Shown here one piece after another: positions 32,661 to 46,486 of a stretch of DNA of 64,000 bases. Location of the stretch: positions 192,001 through 256,000 of the forward strand of contig JBJOMY010000004.1 of the NCBI GenBank assembly GCA_046052125.1, read 5' to 3'. Each line of letters begins with the position of its first letter. Within the stretch, counting starts at the first letter, position 1. The notes beneath the pieces were generated by a model, which did no database searches, was not told the origin of the DNA, and was given only the letters and a program-made list of their open reading frames with translations. The stretch comes from Cyanobacteriota bacterium (GTDB lineage Bacteria; Cyanobacteriota; Cyanobacteriia; PCC-6307; Cyanobiaceae). The position numbers and the translations under genes are program-made.

Positions 32661-34007
32661 GGCCGCCCGCAGCGTTTTCATCAACACGCCCTTCTTCACA
32701 CCGGCGGCAGCCACGGCTTCGCCCAGTAAGGCTTGGGCCGCATCAGCCGTGAGTGCACCTTTAGGCAGCCGTTCCAGCAGGGCTTGCAGCGCAGGCCGGG
32801 CTCCATCGCTTTCCAACTGCTTCTGCGCGTCGGCGTTGAGTTCGGGGCGCTCAAAGAAGGGATGTGCCTGCTCGATGCCGTCCTGCAGGGTGACCAGCGA
32901 GGGACCGATCAGAGTCGACAGCTCTTGCAGCCAGCTGGGCTCGGCGCTCTCCACCGCCCACCCTTGGGAGCTCCAGAGGGGCAGGAGTTGGGCCAGCAAC
33001 TGCTCGGGTCCCTGCTCATGCAGCACCTGGCTGTTGAGCCAGTTGAGCTTGTCCCAGTCGAAGCGGGCCCCTGCCTTGTTGACCCGATCGAAATCAAACG
33101 CCGCTGCGGCCTGCTCGAGGGTGAAGCGCTCGCCCATGCCTTCCGGCGGCGACCAGCCCAGCAGCGTCATGTAGTTGGCCAGCGCTTCGGCGGTGTAGCC
33201 CTGGGAGCGGAAGTCGCTCACCGAGGTGACGCCATCGCGCTTGGAGAGCTTCTTGCCCTCCTTATTGAGGATCAGCGGTGTGTGAGCGAACACCGGTGCC
33301 GGAGCGCCGAGGGCTTCGTAGAGCAGCAGCTGCTTGGCGGTGTTGGCGATGTGGTCTTCGCCGCGGATCACGTGGGTGATGGCCATGGCGGCGTCATCCA
33401 CTACCACCACCAGGTTGTAGAGGGGATCGCCGATCTGATCAGCGGGAGCCCGGCGGGCGATCACCATGTCGCCGCCCAGGTCGGCTCCAGCCCAGCGCAT
33501 CTCACCGCGCACCAGGTCGGTCCAGGTGATCACCGCCTCATCGTCGATTCGGAAGCGGATCGTGGCTTCACGCCCTTCGGCGATGTAGGCCTGCTCCTGC
33601 TCGGGGCTGAGGTTGCGGTGGCGGTTGTCGTAGCGGGGGGCGCGGTTTTCGGCGGCCTGCCGCTCGCGCATCTCGGTGAGCTCGGCTTCGCTGGCGTAGC
33701 AGCGGTAGGCCTTGCCGCTGTCCAATAGCTGCTGGATGGCGGCGCGATGCTCAGCGATGCGCTCGCTCTGCACCACCGGTTCGCCGTCCCAGTTGAGCCC
33801 CAGCCATTGCAGGCCTTCGAGGATGTTGGCGGTGTACTCGGGCTTGCTGCGCTCTTTGTCGGTGTCCTCGATGCGCAGCAGGAACTGCCCGCCTTGGCGC
33901 CGTGCGAACAGCCAATTGAACACAGCAGTGCGGGCTGTGCCGATGTGAAGGGTGCCGGTGGGGCTGGGGGCGAGACGCACACGTACCGCCGCTCCAGTTG
34001 TCACCAC
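32565..34007 (-). CDS. gltX: glutamate--tRNA ligase
   Basis: [28 protein letters not shown]. Confidence 0.97.
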   Translation of the reverse strand: MVTTGAAVRVRLAPSPTGTLHIGTARTAVFNWLFARRQGGQFLLRIEDTDKERSKPEYTANILEGLQWLGLNWDGEPVVQSERIAEHRAAIQQLLDSGKAYRCYASEAELTEMRERQAAENRAPRYDNRHRNLSPEQEQAYIAEGREATIRFRIDDEAVITWTDLVRGEMRWAGADLGGDMVIARRAPADQIGDPLYNLVVVVDDAAMAITHVIRGEDHIANTAKQLLLYEALGAPAPVFAHTPLILNKEGKKLSKRDGVTSVSDFRSQGYTAEALANYMTLLGWSPPEGMGERFTLEQAAAAFDFDRVNKAGARFDWDKLNWLNSQVLHEQGPEQLLAQLLPLWSSQGWAVESAEPSWLQELSTLIGPSLVTLQDGIEQAHPFFERPELNADAQKQLESDGARPALQALLERLPKGALTADAAQALLGEAVAAAGVKKGVLMKTLRAALLGSLQGPDLLTTWLLLQPSGEARGRIERSL

Positions 34008-34033
34008 TGGTCTTGTCCTCTGATGAGATGGAA

Positions 34034-34107
34034 CGGGACTGACGGGGCTCGAACCCGCAACTTCCGCCGTGACAGGGCGGTGCTCTAACCGATTGAACTA
34101 CAGTCCC
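34034..34107 (-). tRNA. trnD: tRNA-Asp(GTC)
   Basis: GGGACTGTAGTTCAATCGGTTAGAGCACCGCCCT-GTC-ACGGCGGAAGTTGCGGGTTCGAGCCCCGTCAGTCCCG folds as a cloverleaf; CCA not encoded. Confidence 0.98.
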
Positions 34108-34175
34108 TTGAGTGCTCAGAGAGCTCTCCCAGACAGGGCTTTTAGCCTGGCCTGTGCCGCGTCAGCGACCCCAAA

Positions 34176-34205
34176 AGTATCCGTTGTCGACCTGCCCTCC
34201 GTCAA
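34176..34205 (-). promoter_or_regulatory. candidate sigma-70 promoter for tRNA-Asp/gltX
   Basis: TTGACG-N18-GATACT on the minus strand, between the hcp terminator and tRNA-Asp. Confidence 0.4.
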
Positions 34206-34236
34206 CTGGGTGAGCCATGCCAGCGCTCAGCCAAAC

Positions 34237-34260
34237 AAAAAGCCCGCCTTGCGGCGGGCT
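34237..34260 (-). terminator. rho-independent terminator after hcp
   Basis: AAAAAGCCCGCC-TTGC-GGCGGGCT, an 8-bp perfect stem plus a U-tract on the minus strand. Confidence 0.85.
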
Positions 34261-34287
34261 GGTCAGAGCTGCAGAGTGCAGCCAATT

Positions 34288-34476
34288 TCAGGGACGAAAG
34301 CCAGCGGGTTCGATCAGGCGAACTTGGTTGCCACGGGCCGTGAATTCACGACCTTGATCGCTTTGCACGACCACGCGACCACCAGATTTAACGCGGATCA
34401 CCCGGGCACGAACCCAGCCGAGAGCGGCTGATTCGAGAACCTTGACGACATCACCGGGCTGTAGATCCAACTCCAT
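34288..34476 (-). CDS. hcp: Prochlorococcus/Synechococcus hyperconserved protein (PSHCP, 62 aa)
   Basis: MELDLQPGDVVKVLESAALGWVRARVIRVKSGGRVVVQSDQGREFTARGNQVRLIEPAGFRP, in the rplS-tRNA-Trp-hcp-tRNA-Asp-gltX context. Confidence 0.92.
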   Translation of the reverse strand: MELDLQPGDVVKVLESAALGWVRARVIRVKSGGRVVVQSDQGREFTARGNQVRLIEPAGFRP

Positions 34477-34513
34477 GTCCGGAACGTAGAAACTGCAGGG
34501 AGGGAACACCGAA

Positions 34514-34586
34514 CGCGCCGTGGAGGACTTGAACCCCCGACATCAGGTTTTGGAGACCTGCGTTCTACCAACTGAACTAACGGCGC
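34514..34586 (-). tRNA. trnW: tRNA-Trp(CCA)
   Basis: GCGCCGTTAGTTCAGTTGGTAGAACGCAGGTCT-CCA-AAACCTGATGTCGGGGGTTCAAGTCCTCCACGGCGCG cloverleaf; 3' CCA not encoded. Confidence 0.98.
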
Positions 34587-34684
34587 AGGGCCGATGTTCC
34601 CCCAACCGGATGATCACGGTCGCAACCGAATCATCCGGGAGACCAATCAACGAATGATGGCCAGAGACTGAAGGCGAGAGCCGA

Positions 34685-35188
34685 TCAGCGATCGAAGCGC
34701 TGCTTGACGCGGGTGGCTTTGCCCACTCGGTCGCGCAGATAGAAGAGCTTCGCTCGACGCACCTTACCCCGGCGCTCCACCTTGATGGAAGCCACCTGAG
34801 GGCTGTGAATCAGGAAGACCCGCTCCACACCAACACCCTGGAAGATGCGGCGCACGGTGATGGTCTCGTTGAGGCCACCGTGGCGCTTGGCGATCACCAC
34901 GCCCTCGTAGGGCTGGATGCGCTCCTTGTTGCCCTCGGTGATGCGCACGCCAACGCGCACGGTGTCACCCACGTAGATCTCGGGGTGATCCTTGGCCTGC
35001 TGAGCGATCTGCTCGGCCTCGAAGGCGCGGATCAGCTCGCTGGCGCTGAGCTTGCCCACGCTCACCTTGGCGGCGGGCTTCTCAGCCACGGCCACGGTGG
35101 CGTCAGCTGCGGTTTCAGCGGCTGCCTCGGCCTCGGTGCTGGTGGTCTCTTTGATTTCGTCGGTCATGTCCTTGGATTCCGCTGCCAT
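34685..35188 (-). CDS. rplS: 50S ribosomal protein L19 with an acidic/Ala-rich N-terminal extension
   Basis: [38 protein letters not shown]. Confidence 0.97.
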   Translation of the reverse strand: MAAESKDMTDEIKETTSTEAEAAAETAADATVAVAEKPAAKVSVGKLSASELIRAFEAEQIAQQAKDHPEIYVGDTVRVGVRITEGNKERIQPYEGVVIAKRHGGLNETITVRRIFQGVGVERVFLIHSPQVASIKVERRGKVRRAKLFYLRDRVGKATRVKQRFDR

Positions 35189-35230
35189 CCAGCTCCGAAA
35201 AACGCCTGGCCAAACAACCAGTGTACTGGC

Positions 35231-35536
35231 TCAGGGTGCGAGGGGGCCTGGCGGCTTTCTTTGCTGCCAGCGCTGGGTCAGCAGCAGGGCTCCGCTCCCC
35301 AGCATCCAGAGCAGACCTAGACCATTGCACAACACATAAACAGGTTCTGCCCAAGCTCCGAGCCACTCGCCCTCGTGCAGCACCATCAGCCAGTGCACCT
35401 GATCCCGCGTGAGGCCGCCCCAGTCCTTCAACAGTCGGTAGCTCATGCCGCTCAGCACGGTGACCAACAGCGGTGCCAGCACCAGTGGCGCCACGGCGGC
35501 ATGCCACTGACGCAGGCGAACCAACAGCGGGGACAT
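35231..35536 (-). CDS. small membrane protein (PepSY-associated TM-like)
   Basis: LRQWH...PLLVTVLSG...[10 protein letters not shown]...NGLGLL pattern with two TM segments. Confidence 0.7.
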   Translation of the reverse strand: MSPLLVRLRQWHAAVAPLVLAPLLVTVLSGMSYRLLKDWGGLTRDQVHWLMVLHEGEWLGAWAEPVYVLCNGLGLLWMLGSGALLLTQRWQQRKPPGPLAP

Positions 35537-35601
35537 GGCGATCTGGCGGCCGGGCTGTGGTTTCAGGTTCTAACTTGAAACGAAGGGTCCGTAACGCCGA
35601 G

Positions 35602-36477
35602 ATGAATCTGTTCGCTGAACTGCTCGCCGCGACGCAGAAATCTCAGGACGGCGCCGCAGCGGCTGCTCCCTCGGTGGTGACCCAGACCGGACCGCGCATT
35701 CAGAAAAGCCGGCGCGGCGTGGAAGTGAAGAGCGCCCGTGAGATCGAGACGATGCGCCAGGCCAGCCGGATCGTGGCCACCGTGCTCCGCGAAATCATCG
35801 AGATGGCTGCCCCTGGCATGACCACCGGCGATCTCGATGCCCATGCCGAGAAGCGCATCCGTGAGATGGGTGCGGTGCCCAGCTTCAAGGGCTACCACGG
35901 TTTCCCAGCCAGCATTTGCGCCTCGATCAATAACGAGGTGGTGCATGGCATCCCCAGCAACAAGCGGGTGATCAAGGCCGGTGACCTGATGAAGATCGAC
36001 ACTGGCGCCTACTTCGACGGCTATCACGGTGATAGCTGCGTGACGATCTGCGTGGGAGACGGGGTGCCCGAGCAGGCCCGCACCCTCTCACGCGTGGCCC
36101 AAGAATCCCTCATGAAGGGTCTGGCCACCGTGAAGGCCGGCAGCACTCTGTTTGATCTGGCCGGTGCCGTGCAGGATCACGTGGAAGCCCATGGCTTCGC
36201 GGTGGTGGAGGACTACACCGGTCATGGCGTGGGGCGCAATCTCCACGAGGAGCCCTCGGTGTTCAACTACCGCACCCGCGAGCTGCCGAACATGAAGCTT
36301 CGGCCTGGGATGACGCTTGCGGTGGAGCCGATCCTCAATGCCGGCAGCAAGGCCTGCCGCACCCTCAAGGACCGCTGGACTGTGGTGACCGTGGATGGCA
36401 GCCTCTCGGCCCAGTGGGAACACACCATCGCGGTGACCAGCGATGGCTGCGAGATCCTCACCGACCGCGACTTCTGA
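35602..36477 (+). CDS. map: methionine aminopeptidase type I
   Basis: [40 protein letters not shown]. Confidence 0.96.
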   Translation: MNLFAELLAATQKSQDGAAAAAPSVVTQTGPRIQKSRRGVEVKSAREIETMRQASRIVATVLREIIEMAAPGMTTGDLDAHAEKRIREMGAVPSFKGYHGFPASICASINNEVVHGIPSNKRVIKAGDLMKIDTGAYFDGYHGDSCVTICVGDGVPEQARTLSRVAQESLMKGLATVKAGSTLFDLAGAVQDHVEAHGFAVVEDYTGHGVGRNLHEEPSVFNYRTRELPNMKLRPGMTLAVEPILNAGSKACRTLKDRWTVVTVDGSLSAQWEHTIAVTSDGCEILTDRDF

Positions 36478-36488
36478 GCTGGAGCGCC

Positions 36489-37223
36489 CTAGCGCGCGGC
36501 TTTGCTGAAGGCCCTGAAATACAGCCAACGCCCCAGCGTGGCCAGCGGCATTAAGACGTAGGTGAGCGGGTTGGGGGTGACAATCACCAGCCCCAAGTTC
36601 CAATTGATCTGACTCAGGATCGCTCGGGCCACGAAGTCCGCACTCATCACCCCGATCGGGTTGAGCGCCGAACGAAACGGTCCGAGTACAAGCCGCCGCA
36701 GCCGTAGGTGTGGCCCTGCGAGATCGAGGCTGCGCAGGCTGAGCAGTTGCCCCTGAAGGCGTTTGCTCAGCTCATAAAGCGGGCTCACCGCGGCCTGGAT
36801 CTCGGCCTCGGAGGTGTTCATCCACAACTCTCGTGCCGGCCGATCGGCTGGATCCCTGCCGGCGATCTCCGCAAACAGCTCCAGCAATCGCCAACTGCTG
36901 AGGGCGTTCACCTCCAGCGAACGCGCCACGGCGGCGGCGCTGCGGTCGGAGTGACTGTTGAAGCCGTGATTGATCACCAACACATCACAGCGCTGCAGCA
37001 CGGCTGCCAGCGCCTGCTCCTGCCCGCAGCTCCAGCGCACCTGCTCGAGGGGGACGGGGCTGCCGTTGCTGTTTTGGAGATCCAGTGCGGTCTCCCCGCT
37101 GGTGAGGGCCACCAGAGATGCGCCATGGCGATGCAACTCCTGCAGCAACGCCCGGCCCAGGCTGCCGCTGGCTCCGGTGACGGCCACGGTGCGGCCGGCG
37201 AACAGCTGGGGAGACATCGGCAA
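36489..37223 (-). CDS. short-chain dehydrogenase/reductase family protein
   Basis: TGASGSLG, INHG, NTSEAE, YELSK. Confidence 0.85.
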   Translation of the reverse strand: MPMSPQLFAGRTVAVTGASGSLGRALLQELHRHGASLVALTSGETALDLQNSNGSPVPLEQVRWSCGQEQALAAVLQRCDVLVINHGFNSHSDRSAAAVARSLEVNALSSWRLLELFAEIAGRDPADRPARELWMNTSEAEIQAAVSPLYELSKRLQGQLLSLRSLDLAGPHLRLRRLVLGPFRSALNPIGVMSADFVARAILSQINWNLGLVIVTPNPLTYVLMPLATLGRWLYFRAFSKAAR

Positions 37224-37265
37224 TGGGCGTTGCCGTCAGCTTGCGGCATCCTCAGAACAGATTGA

Positions 37266-37658
37266 GTGGCGCGGATGTCGGCGGCGCTGGTGGCCCTGTT
37301 TGCTCCTTATTGCCACGGCGCCCCTGGCGCCCCGGTAATCGATGCAGCACTGCAGCTCCTCGCCCTAGGCCAGTTGGAAGGCCAACGCTGCCTGCGTCCG
37401 CAGGGGGAGCGGCCATTCACGCTGCGTTGGCAGCCAGGGGTGGCACCGCTGGAGCTGGCTCAGGTGCAGTTGGAGGTGCGCAGCGCTGAGCCGGCACCCG
37501 CCGTTCAGTACCGCTTCGAGCTGCCCACCCATCAACTCTTGAGCTGGTTGATCGAGTGGCAAGTCGCAGCTCAGGGGGCTGGCGGCTCGGCTGATCTGCC
37601 GGAGAGCTTCTGGCAGTGGTTGATTCTTGGGCTCGATCCAGCGGCTCTGCGGACCTAG
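37266..37658 (+). CDS. ebsA: EbsA-like type IV pilus biogenesis protein
   Basis: LFAPY...LEGQR...PFTLRW...YRF...DLPESFWQWL spacing resembles cyanobacterial EbsA; lies upstream of the pta-like gene. Confidence 0.6.
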   Translation: MARMSAALVALFAPYCHGAPGAPVIDAALQLLALGQLEGQRCLRPQGERPFTLRWQPGVAPLELAQVQLEVRSAEPAPAVQYRFELPTHQLLSWLIEWQVAAQGAGGSADLPESFWQWLILGLDPAALRT

Positions 37659-37682
37659 ATTCGCCGCACCAGCTTTTGCCTC

Positions 37683-38801
37683 ATGGGTCACGGCAGCGCG
37701 TCTTCCCACGCCCGTTCGTCGGCCCTGTTGATTGGCTCCTGCGAGCCCTTCAGCGGTAAGTCGGCTGTGGTGCTTGGGCTTGCGCGCCAGTGGCTGCAGC
37801 GCGGCGTGCCAGTGCGCATCGGCAAGCCCCTTGCCGATAGCGCCGAGCTCGGAGCCGGTGCGGCTGGGCCCCTGATCGACGACGACGTGCGTTTCGTTGG
37901 TCAGATCCTGGGGCTGAGTGAGCAGCAGCTCGTGCCATCGGTGCATTTGCAAAGCGCCGATGTCGCTCGCGAGCGGCTGCTGGCTGGACGCCTCGACGCC
38001 GGCTCCGGTTTTGCTGAGCTCCAACAGCTACTTGATGCGGCCGGTGAGGGCATCACCCTGCTGGAAGGCGCTGGTGGACTGAGCGATGGGTTGCTCTACG
38101 GCTTGAGCCTCGTGCAGGTGGCCCGAGGCCTTCAGGCTCCCGTGGTGCTGGTGCATAGCTGGAGTGGTTGTCACAGTGCTGAGCCTTTGTTGGCGGCTCG
38201 CGAGCAGCTGGGCGATCTGCTCTGTGGCGTAGTGCTCAACGGTCTGCCGCCGGAGCAGGTGGAGACGGTGCGCGCTGAGGTGGCGCCCGCGCTCGAAAGC
38301 TTGGGGGTGCCCGTGCTGGGTGTGATGCCGCGATCGCCGCTGCTGCGCAGCGTCACGGTGGAAGAGCTGGTGCGTCGCCTCAATGCCCAGGTTTTGTGCT
38401 GCCGCGATCGGTTGGATCTGCTGGTTGAAACGCTCTCGATTGGGGCGATGAACGTGAACTCGGCCATGGAGTTCTTCCGCCGGCGCCGCAATATGGCGGT
38501 GGTCACCGGTGCCGACCGCACGGATATTCAATTGGCGGCCCTGGAAGCCTCCACCCAGTGCCTGATCCTCACCGGTGCCGGTGAACCGCTGCCGCAGTTG
38601 ATTTCTCGCGCTGAAGAACTCGAAGTGCCTTTGCTCAAGGTGGAACACGACACCCTCACCACCGTGGAGGTGATTGAAAGTGCGTTCGGTCATGTGCGGC
38701 TGCACGAATCGGTGAAGGCCACCTATGCCTTCCGCCTGGTGGAGGAACACTGCGATTTCGAGCCGCTGTTGACGCGCTTACGCCTTCCGGTCCCTGCGTG
38801 A
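37683..38801 (+). CDS. phosphotransacetylase-family N-terminal (BioD-like + DRTGG) protein lacking the catalytic PTA domain
   Basis: SGKS P-loop, LLEGAG, IGAM, VTGADRTDIQLAAL, LILTG. Confidence 0.85.
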   Translation: MGHGSASSHARSSALLIGSCEPFSGKSAVVLGLARQWLQRGVPVRIGKPLADSAELGAGAAGPLIDDDVRFVGQILGLSEQQLVPSVHLQSADVARERLLAGRLDAGSGFAELQQLLDAAGEGITLLEGAGGLSDGLLYGLSLVQVARGLQAPVVLVHSWSGCHSAEPLLAAREQLGDLLCGVVLNGLPPEQVETVRAEVAPALESLGVPVLGVMPRSPLLRSVTVEELVRRLNAQVLCCRDRLDLLVETLSIGAMNVNSAMEFFRRRRNMAVVTGADRTDIQLAALEASTQCLILTGAGEPLPQLISRAEELEVPLLKVEHDTLTTVEVIESAFGHVRLHESVKATYAFRLVEEHCDFEPLLTRLRLPVPA

Positions 38802-38838
38802 ACACTGCTAGTTTCGAGTCGTCAGCAGGTGTTGTGCG

Positions 38839-39351
38839 TTGACCCGGTCTCTTGATTTGCCGGCCCTCGACCGGATCGACACCCTGGCCCAGGAGCTGGC
38901 GATGCTTCAGGACCGCAGCAAGCGCCGTATTGCCATCCTCGGAAGCCGCCACGTGCCGGTCGTGTCCGTGCATCTGGTTGAACTCGTGTCGCGTTCCTTG
39001 GCCCAGGAGGGCCACAACCTGATCACATCGGGCGCTCAGGGTGTGAATTCCGCCGTGATCCGCAGTGTGCTGGAGATCGATCCTTCCCGGCTCACGGTGT
39101 TGCTTCCCCAGAGCCTCGATCGCCAGCCCCGCGAATCCCGCGAGCAGCTCGAGCAGGTGCTTCATCTGGTGGAGAAGCCTGAAAACGACGAGCTGCCGTT
39201 GCCCATGGCCAGCAGCCTTTGTAACCAGGAAATCATTCGCCGCTGCGATCAACTGATCTGTTTCGCCTTCCACGACAGCGAAACCCTGCTCGCCAGCTGC
39301 CGTACAGCTGAAGATATGGGCAAAGTGGTGAGCTTGATGTTCTTTGACTGA
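38839..39351 (+). CDS. SLOG/DprA-like Rossmann-fold protein
   Basis: IAILGSRH, ITSGAQGVN, CNQEII...LICFAFHDS. Confidence 0.7.
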   Translation: MTRSLDLPALDRIDTLAQELAMLQDRSKRRIAILGSRHVPVVSVHLVELVSRSLAQEGHNLITSGAQGVNSAVIRSVLEIDPSRLTVLLPQSLDRQPRESREQLEQVLHLVEKPENDELPLPMASSLCNQEIIRRCDQLICFAFHDSETLLASCRTAEDMGKVVSLMFFD

Positions 39352-39354
39352 GGG

Positions 39355-39765
39355 CTACGAAACTAGAAACAACTTCAGGCTTTCGATATACATAATCCCT
39401 GTGCACACCATCGCCCCGGCCCAGCAGAGGGAGCGCAAGGGCGGAAAGTTCGCCACATAGGCAGCGATGTACCCCAGGCGCAGGGCGGGGTAGATCCATG
39501 CGGCTCCAATCGCTGTGCCGCTCTGGACGTTTGCGATCAGGCAGAGCAGGGCTGCCGGGGCGAACAGCACAAAGGCCTCGAAGCTATTCAGGTGAGCCCA
39601 GTTGGCGCGTTTGCCCCACTCCGGCAGTCGATCGAACATCGCCCGCGGTGCGGCCAGATCCGCCACGGTGAAATCCGCTTTCGAGCGGGCGGCGCCAAGG
39701 GGCACCAGGCTGGACACCACCACGCCTGCGGCGAGACAGAGCGACCAGGCAAAAGCAGCTTGCAT
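39355..39765 (-). CDS. MAPEG family membrane protein
   Basis: RANWAHLNSFEAF, RLGYIAAY, LRSLCW. Confidence 0.88.
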   Translation of the reverse strand: MQAAFAWSLCLAAGVVVSSLVPLGAARSKADFTVADLAAPRAMFDRLPEWGKRANWAHLNSFEAFVLFAPAALLCLIANVQSGTAIGAAWIYPALRLGYIAAYVANFPPLRSLCWAGAMVCTGIMYIESLKLFLVS

Positions 39766-39842
39766 CTCGAACGGGGCTCGGGGTTGGCGTTGAAGTCCTT
39801 TTCTAGGCTGGAACCAGCTTGCGCTGATTGCTTCCGCCGCCC

Positions 39843-40334
39843 ATGGCCGACACCTATTCCTTTGACGTGGTTTCCGACTTTGACCGTCAGGAGCTGGTGA
39901 ACGCTCTCGATCAGGTGCGGCGTGACGTGTCGACCCGCTACGACCTCAAGGACTCCAACACGGAGATTGATCTGGAGGAGACCAGCCTCACGATCACCAC
40001 AGCCAGCGATATGACGCTGCAGGCGGTGGAAGATGTGTTGCGTCAAAAGGCCACCAAGCGCAACCTCTCGCTCAAGATCTTCGATTTCCAATCGCCTGAG
40101 CCTGTGGGGGGCAATCGGGTGAAGCAGCTGGTGAAGCTGCGCAAGGGGCTTAGCCAGGAGCTGGCGAAGCAACTGAGCAAGACCGTGCGGGACGAGCTCA
40201 AAAAAGTCACCGTCGCCATCCAGGGCGACACCCTCCGCGTGACCGGCAAGAGCAAGGACGACCTACAGGCCGCCATCAATCTGCTGAAGGCCCAGGACGT
40301 TGAGGTGCCCCTGCAGTTTCAGAACTACCGCTGA
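39843..40334 (+). CDS. yajQ: YajQ-family nucleotide-binding protein
   Basis: SFDVVS, RYDLK, IQGDTLRVTGKSKDDLQ, PLQFQNYR. Confidence 0.95.
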   Translation: MADTYSFDVVSDFDRQELVNALDQVRRDVSTRYDLKDSNTEIDLEETSLTITTASDMTLQAVEDVLRQKATKRNLSLKIFDFQSPEPVGGNRVKQLVKLRKGLSQELAKQLSKTVRDELKKVTVAIQGDTLRVTGKSKDDLQAAINLLKAQDVEVPLQFQNYR

Positions 40335-40339
40335 GCTCC

Positions 40340-43950
<3,611 letters not shown>

Positions 43951-43972
<22 letters not shown>

Positions 43973-45756
43973 CTGGTTTTGCGGCAGGGCTGTTGGTTTC
44001 CCCAGCCCACGCCAATCTTCTGCAGGAGCAGGCCCAGCGCTTCCATCCGATCGAATCCAGCGGCGGCATGGTGGCGGCCCAGGAGGCTCGGGCCGCGGCG
44101 GTGGGTGCAGCGATCCTGCGCCGCGGGGGCAATGCGGTGGATGCGGCCGTGGCCACCTCCTTTGCCTTGGCGGTCACCCTGCCGCAGGCCGGAAACCTTG
44201 GCGGTGGCGGCTTTCTTGTGCTGTGGTTGCCCCGTAGCGGCCGGATCAGCACCTGCCCAGCGGCCGCTCGCTCAGCGCCCCTGCCGCAGGCCATTGCGCT
44301 CGGCCGCGGTGAGGCGGTTGCGCTCAATTTCCGCGAAACAGCTCCCCTGGCTGCTGGCCGCGACCTCTTTCTCAACCCTGATGGCAGTGTGAACCGTGAT
44401 CGGGCGCTGCGCAGCCTGTTGAGCACGGGTGTGCCCGGCACTGTGGCGGGTCTGACCCAGGTGCAGGCCCGCTATGGCTGTTTGCCGCTTCAGGCGGTGA
44501 TGCAGCCCGCCATCGACTTGGCGGAACGCGGTTTCCCGGTGGGCGCTGAGCTGAGTGACTCTCTGCAAGCGGCAGCACCTTTGCTGAAGAGCGACCCCAC
44601 CAGTGCGCGTCAGTTCTTCAAGGCTGATGGCAGCGTTTTCAAGCCGGGTGAACGTCTACGCCAACCGCAGCTGGCCGCCAGCCTCGGTTGCATCGCGCGT
44701 CAGGGCGCTAGTTGTTTCTACCGCGGATCCCTGGCCCGCCAGATCACGGCGTTGATGCGCCAACGCGGCGGTTTGATCACCTCCGCCGACCTCCAGGCTT
44801 ATCGCGCCCCCTGGGCCCACCCCCTGCAAACCCGATTCCAGGGCTATCCGGTGCTCACGATGCCGCCTCCCAGTGGCGGGGGCGCCACGTTGGTGCAGCT
44901 GCTGAAGGTGCTGGAGCCCCTGAATCTCGCCTCCACTGGCCTGAACAGCGCCTCCACCATTCATTGGCTGGTGGAGGCGTTCAACCTTGCCTATCGGGAT
45001 CGCAATCGTCTGCTTGGGGATCCTGATCAGATCGCCATGCCTCTCGATCGGCTCCTCAGCGATGCCTACGCCACCCAGCAGCGGCAGCGCATCCAGCCGG
45101 AGCGCCACCGTCCGGCAGCTGAGTTGGAAACCGAACCGTCTTCGCTGAGCGGTGGCAGCAACACCACCCATCTCTCTGTTGTGGATCGCGACGGTGGCCT
45201 CGTGGCCACCACCACCACCCTGAACACGGCCTATGGCAACGGCATCACGGTGCCGGGAGCTGGTTTCCTGCTCAACAACGAGATGGACGACTTCACCGCC
45301 AAACCCGGTGCCCCGAATGCCTACGGATTGCGCCAGGGGGAGCAGAACGCCATCGCCCCAGGTCGTCGTCCCCTCAGTTCCATGACGCCCACCCTGGTGT
45401 TCCGTCCCGATGGAAGTCCGTTGCTGGCTACGGGGAGTCCAGGGGGTAGCCGGATCATCACCACGGTGCTGCAGGTGCTGCTCAATCGCCTGGTGCATGG
45501 CCTCAACCTGGCCTCTGCGGTGGCGGCACCTCGTATTCACAGCCAGCTCTGGCCTGATCAGATCAGCATGGAGCAGGGCATCAGTCCCGATACGGTGCGT
45601 CTGTTGGAAGCCCGCGGCCATCGGATGGAGCTGACTGCCGCCATGGGTTCAGCCAATTCCGTGGAGGTGCGCTACGGCGCCGCTGGGATGGCCGGGAGTC
45701 TCGGGGTGGCGGATCCGCGTCGGCTGGATGCTGCCGCTGTTGCCGAGTCGCCCTGA
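43951..45756 (+). CDS. ggt: gamma-glutamyltranspeptidase, exported
   Basis: signal peptide, GGNAVDAAVA, NFRETAP, N-TTHLS autocleavage Thr (~45163), LLNNEMDDF, PLSSMTP, GSPGGSRI. Confidence 0.95.
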
Positions 45757-45757
45757 T

Positions 45758-46486
45758 TCAGCCGCCCAGGTAGGCAGCTCGCAGCTTCGGGTTCTTGAGC
45801 AGGTCGTGCGCAGGCCCCTCCAGCTGGATTCGGCCGGCTTCCAGCACGTAGCCGCGATCGGCAATCTCAAGCGCCGCCTGGGCGTTCTGTTCCACCAGCA
45901 GGATCGTTTGCCCCTGTTGGTGCAAGTCCGCCAGCACGCCCATCACCTCGGCCACCAGCTTGGGTGCCAGGCCAAGGCTGGGTTCATCGAGCATCAGCAG
46001 CTCGGGGCGTCCCATCAGGGCCCGGGCGATGGCCAGCATCTGCTGCTCACCGCCGGAGAGTGAACCCGCCTGTTGCTGGCGCCGTTCTGCCAGGCGTGGG
46101 AAGAGGCTGTAGCAGCGCTCCAGATCACGCGCGATGCCGTCGCGGTCGCGTCGCAGATAGGCACCCAGCTCGAGATTGAAGGCCACGCTTTGGCGATTCA
46201 GCAGGCGGCGACCCTCCGGGCAGTGGCCGATGCCGAGCTTGAGAGTGCGGTGCGCCGGCACGCCGGCTAGATCGGCCCCATGCCAACGAATCCGCCCGCC
46301 GCTGGCGGGAATCAGGCGCGAGATCGCGCGCAGGCTGCTGCTTTTTCCGGCCCCGTTGGAGCCCAGCAGCGTGACCAGTTCACCGCGCCGCACCGCAAAT
46401 GACACACCAGCCAGGGCCTGCACGCTGCCGTAGTGCACTTGCAGCTGCTCAAGTTCCAGCACTGGCGCCGCTTGAGTGTTGTTCAT
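45758..46486 (-). CDS. livF: branched-chain amino acid ABC transporter ATPase (LivF-like)
   Basis: GSNGAGKS, PEGRR, LSGGEQQMLA, DEPSLGLAP, LVEQN. Confidence 0.9.
   Translation of the reverse strand: MNNTQAAPVLELEQLQVHYGSVQALAGVSFAVRRGELVTLLGSNGAGKSSSLRAISRLIPASGGRIRWHGADLAGVPAHRTLKLGIGHCPEGRRLLNRQSVAFNLELGAYLRRDRDGIARDLERCYSLFPRLAERRQQQAGSLSGGEQQMLAIARALMGRPELLMLDEPSLGLAPKLVAEVMGVLADLHQQGQTILLVEQNAQAALEIADRGYVLEAGRIQLEGPAHDLLKNPKLRAAYLGG

Noticed and set aside
34034..34586. tRNA genes as integration sites
   Set aside because: No integrase, no duplicated tRNA 3' end seen, and flanking genes are core
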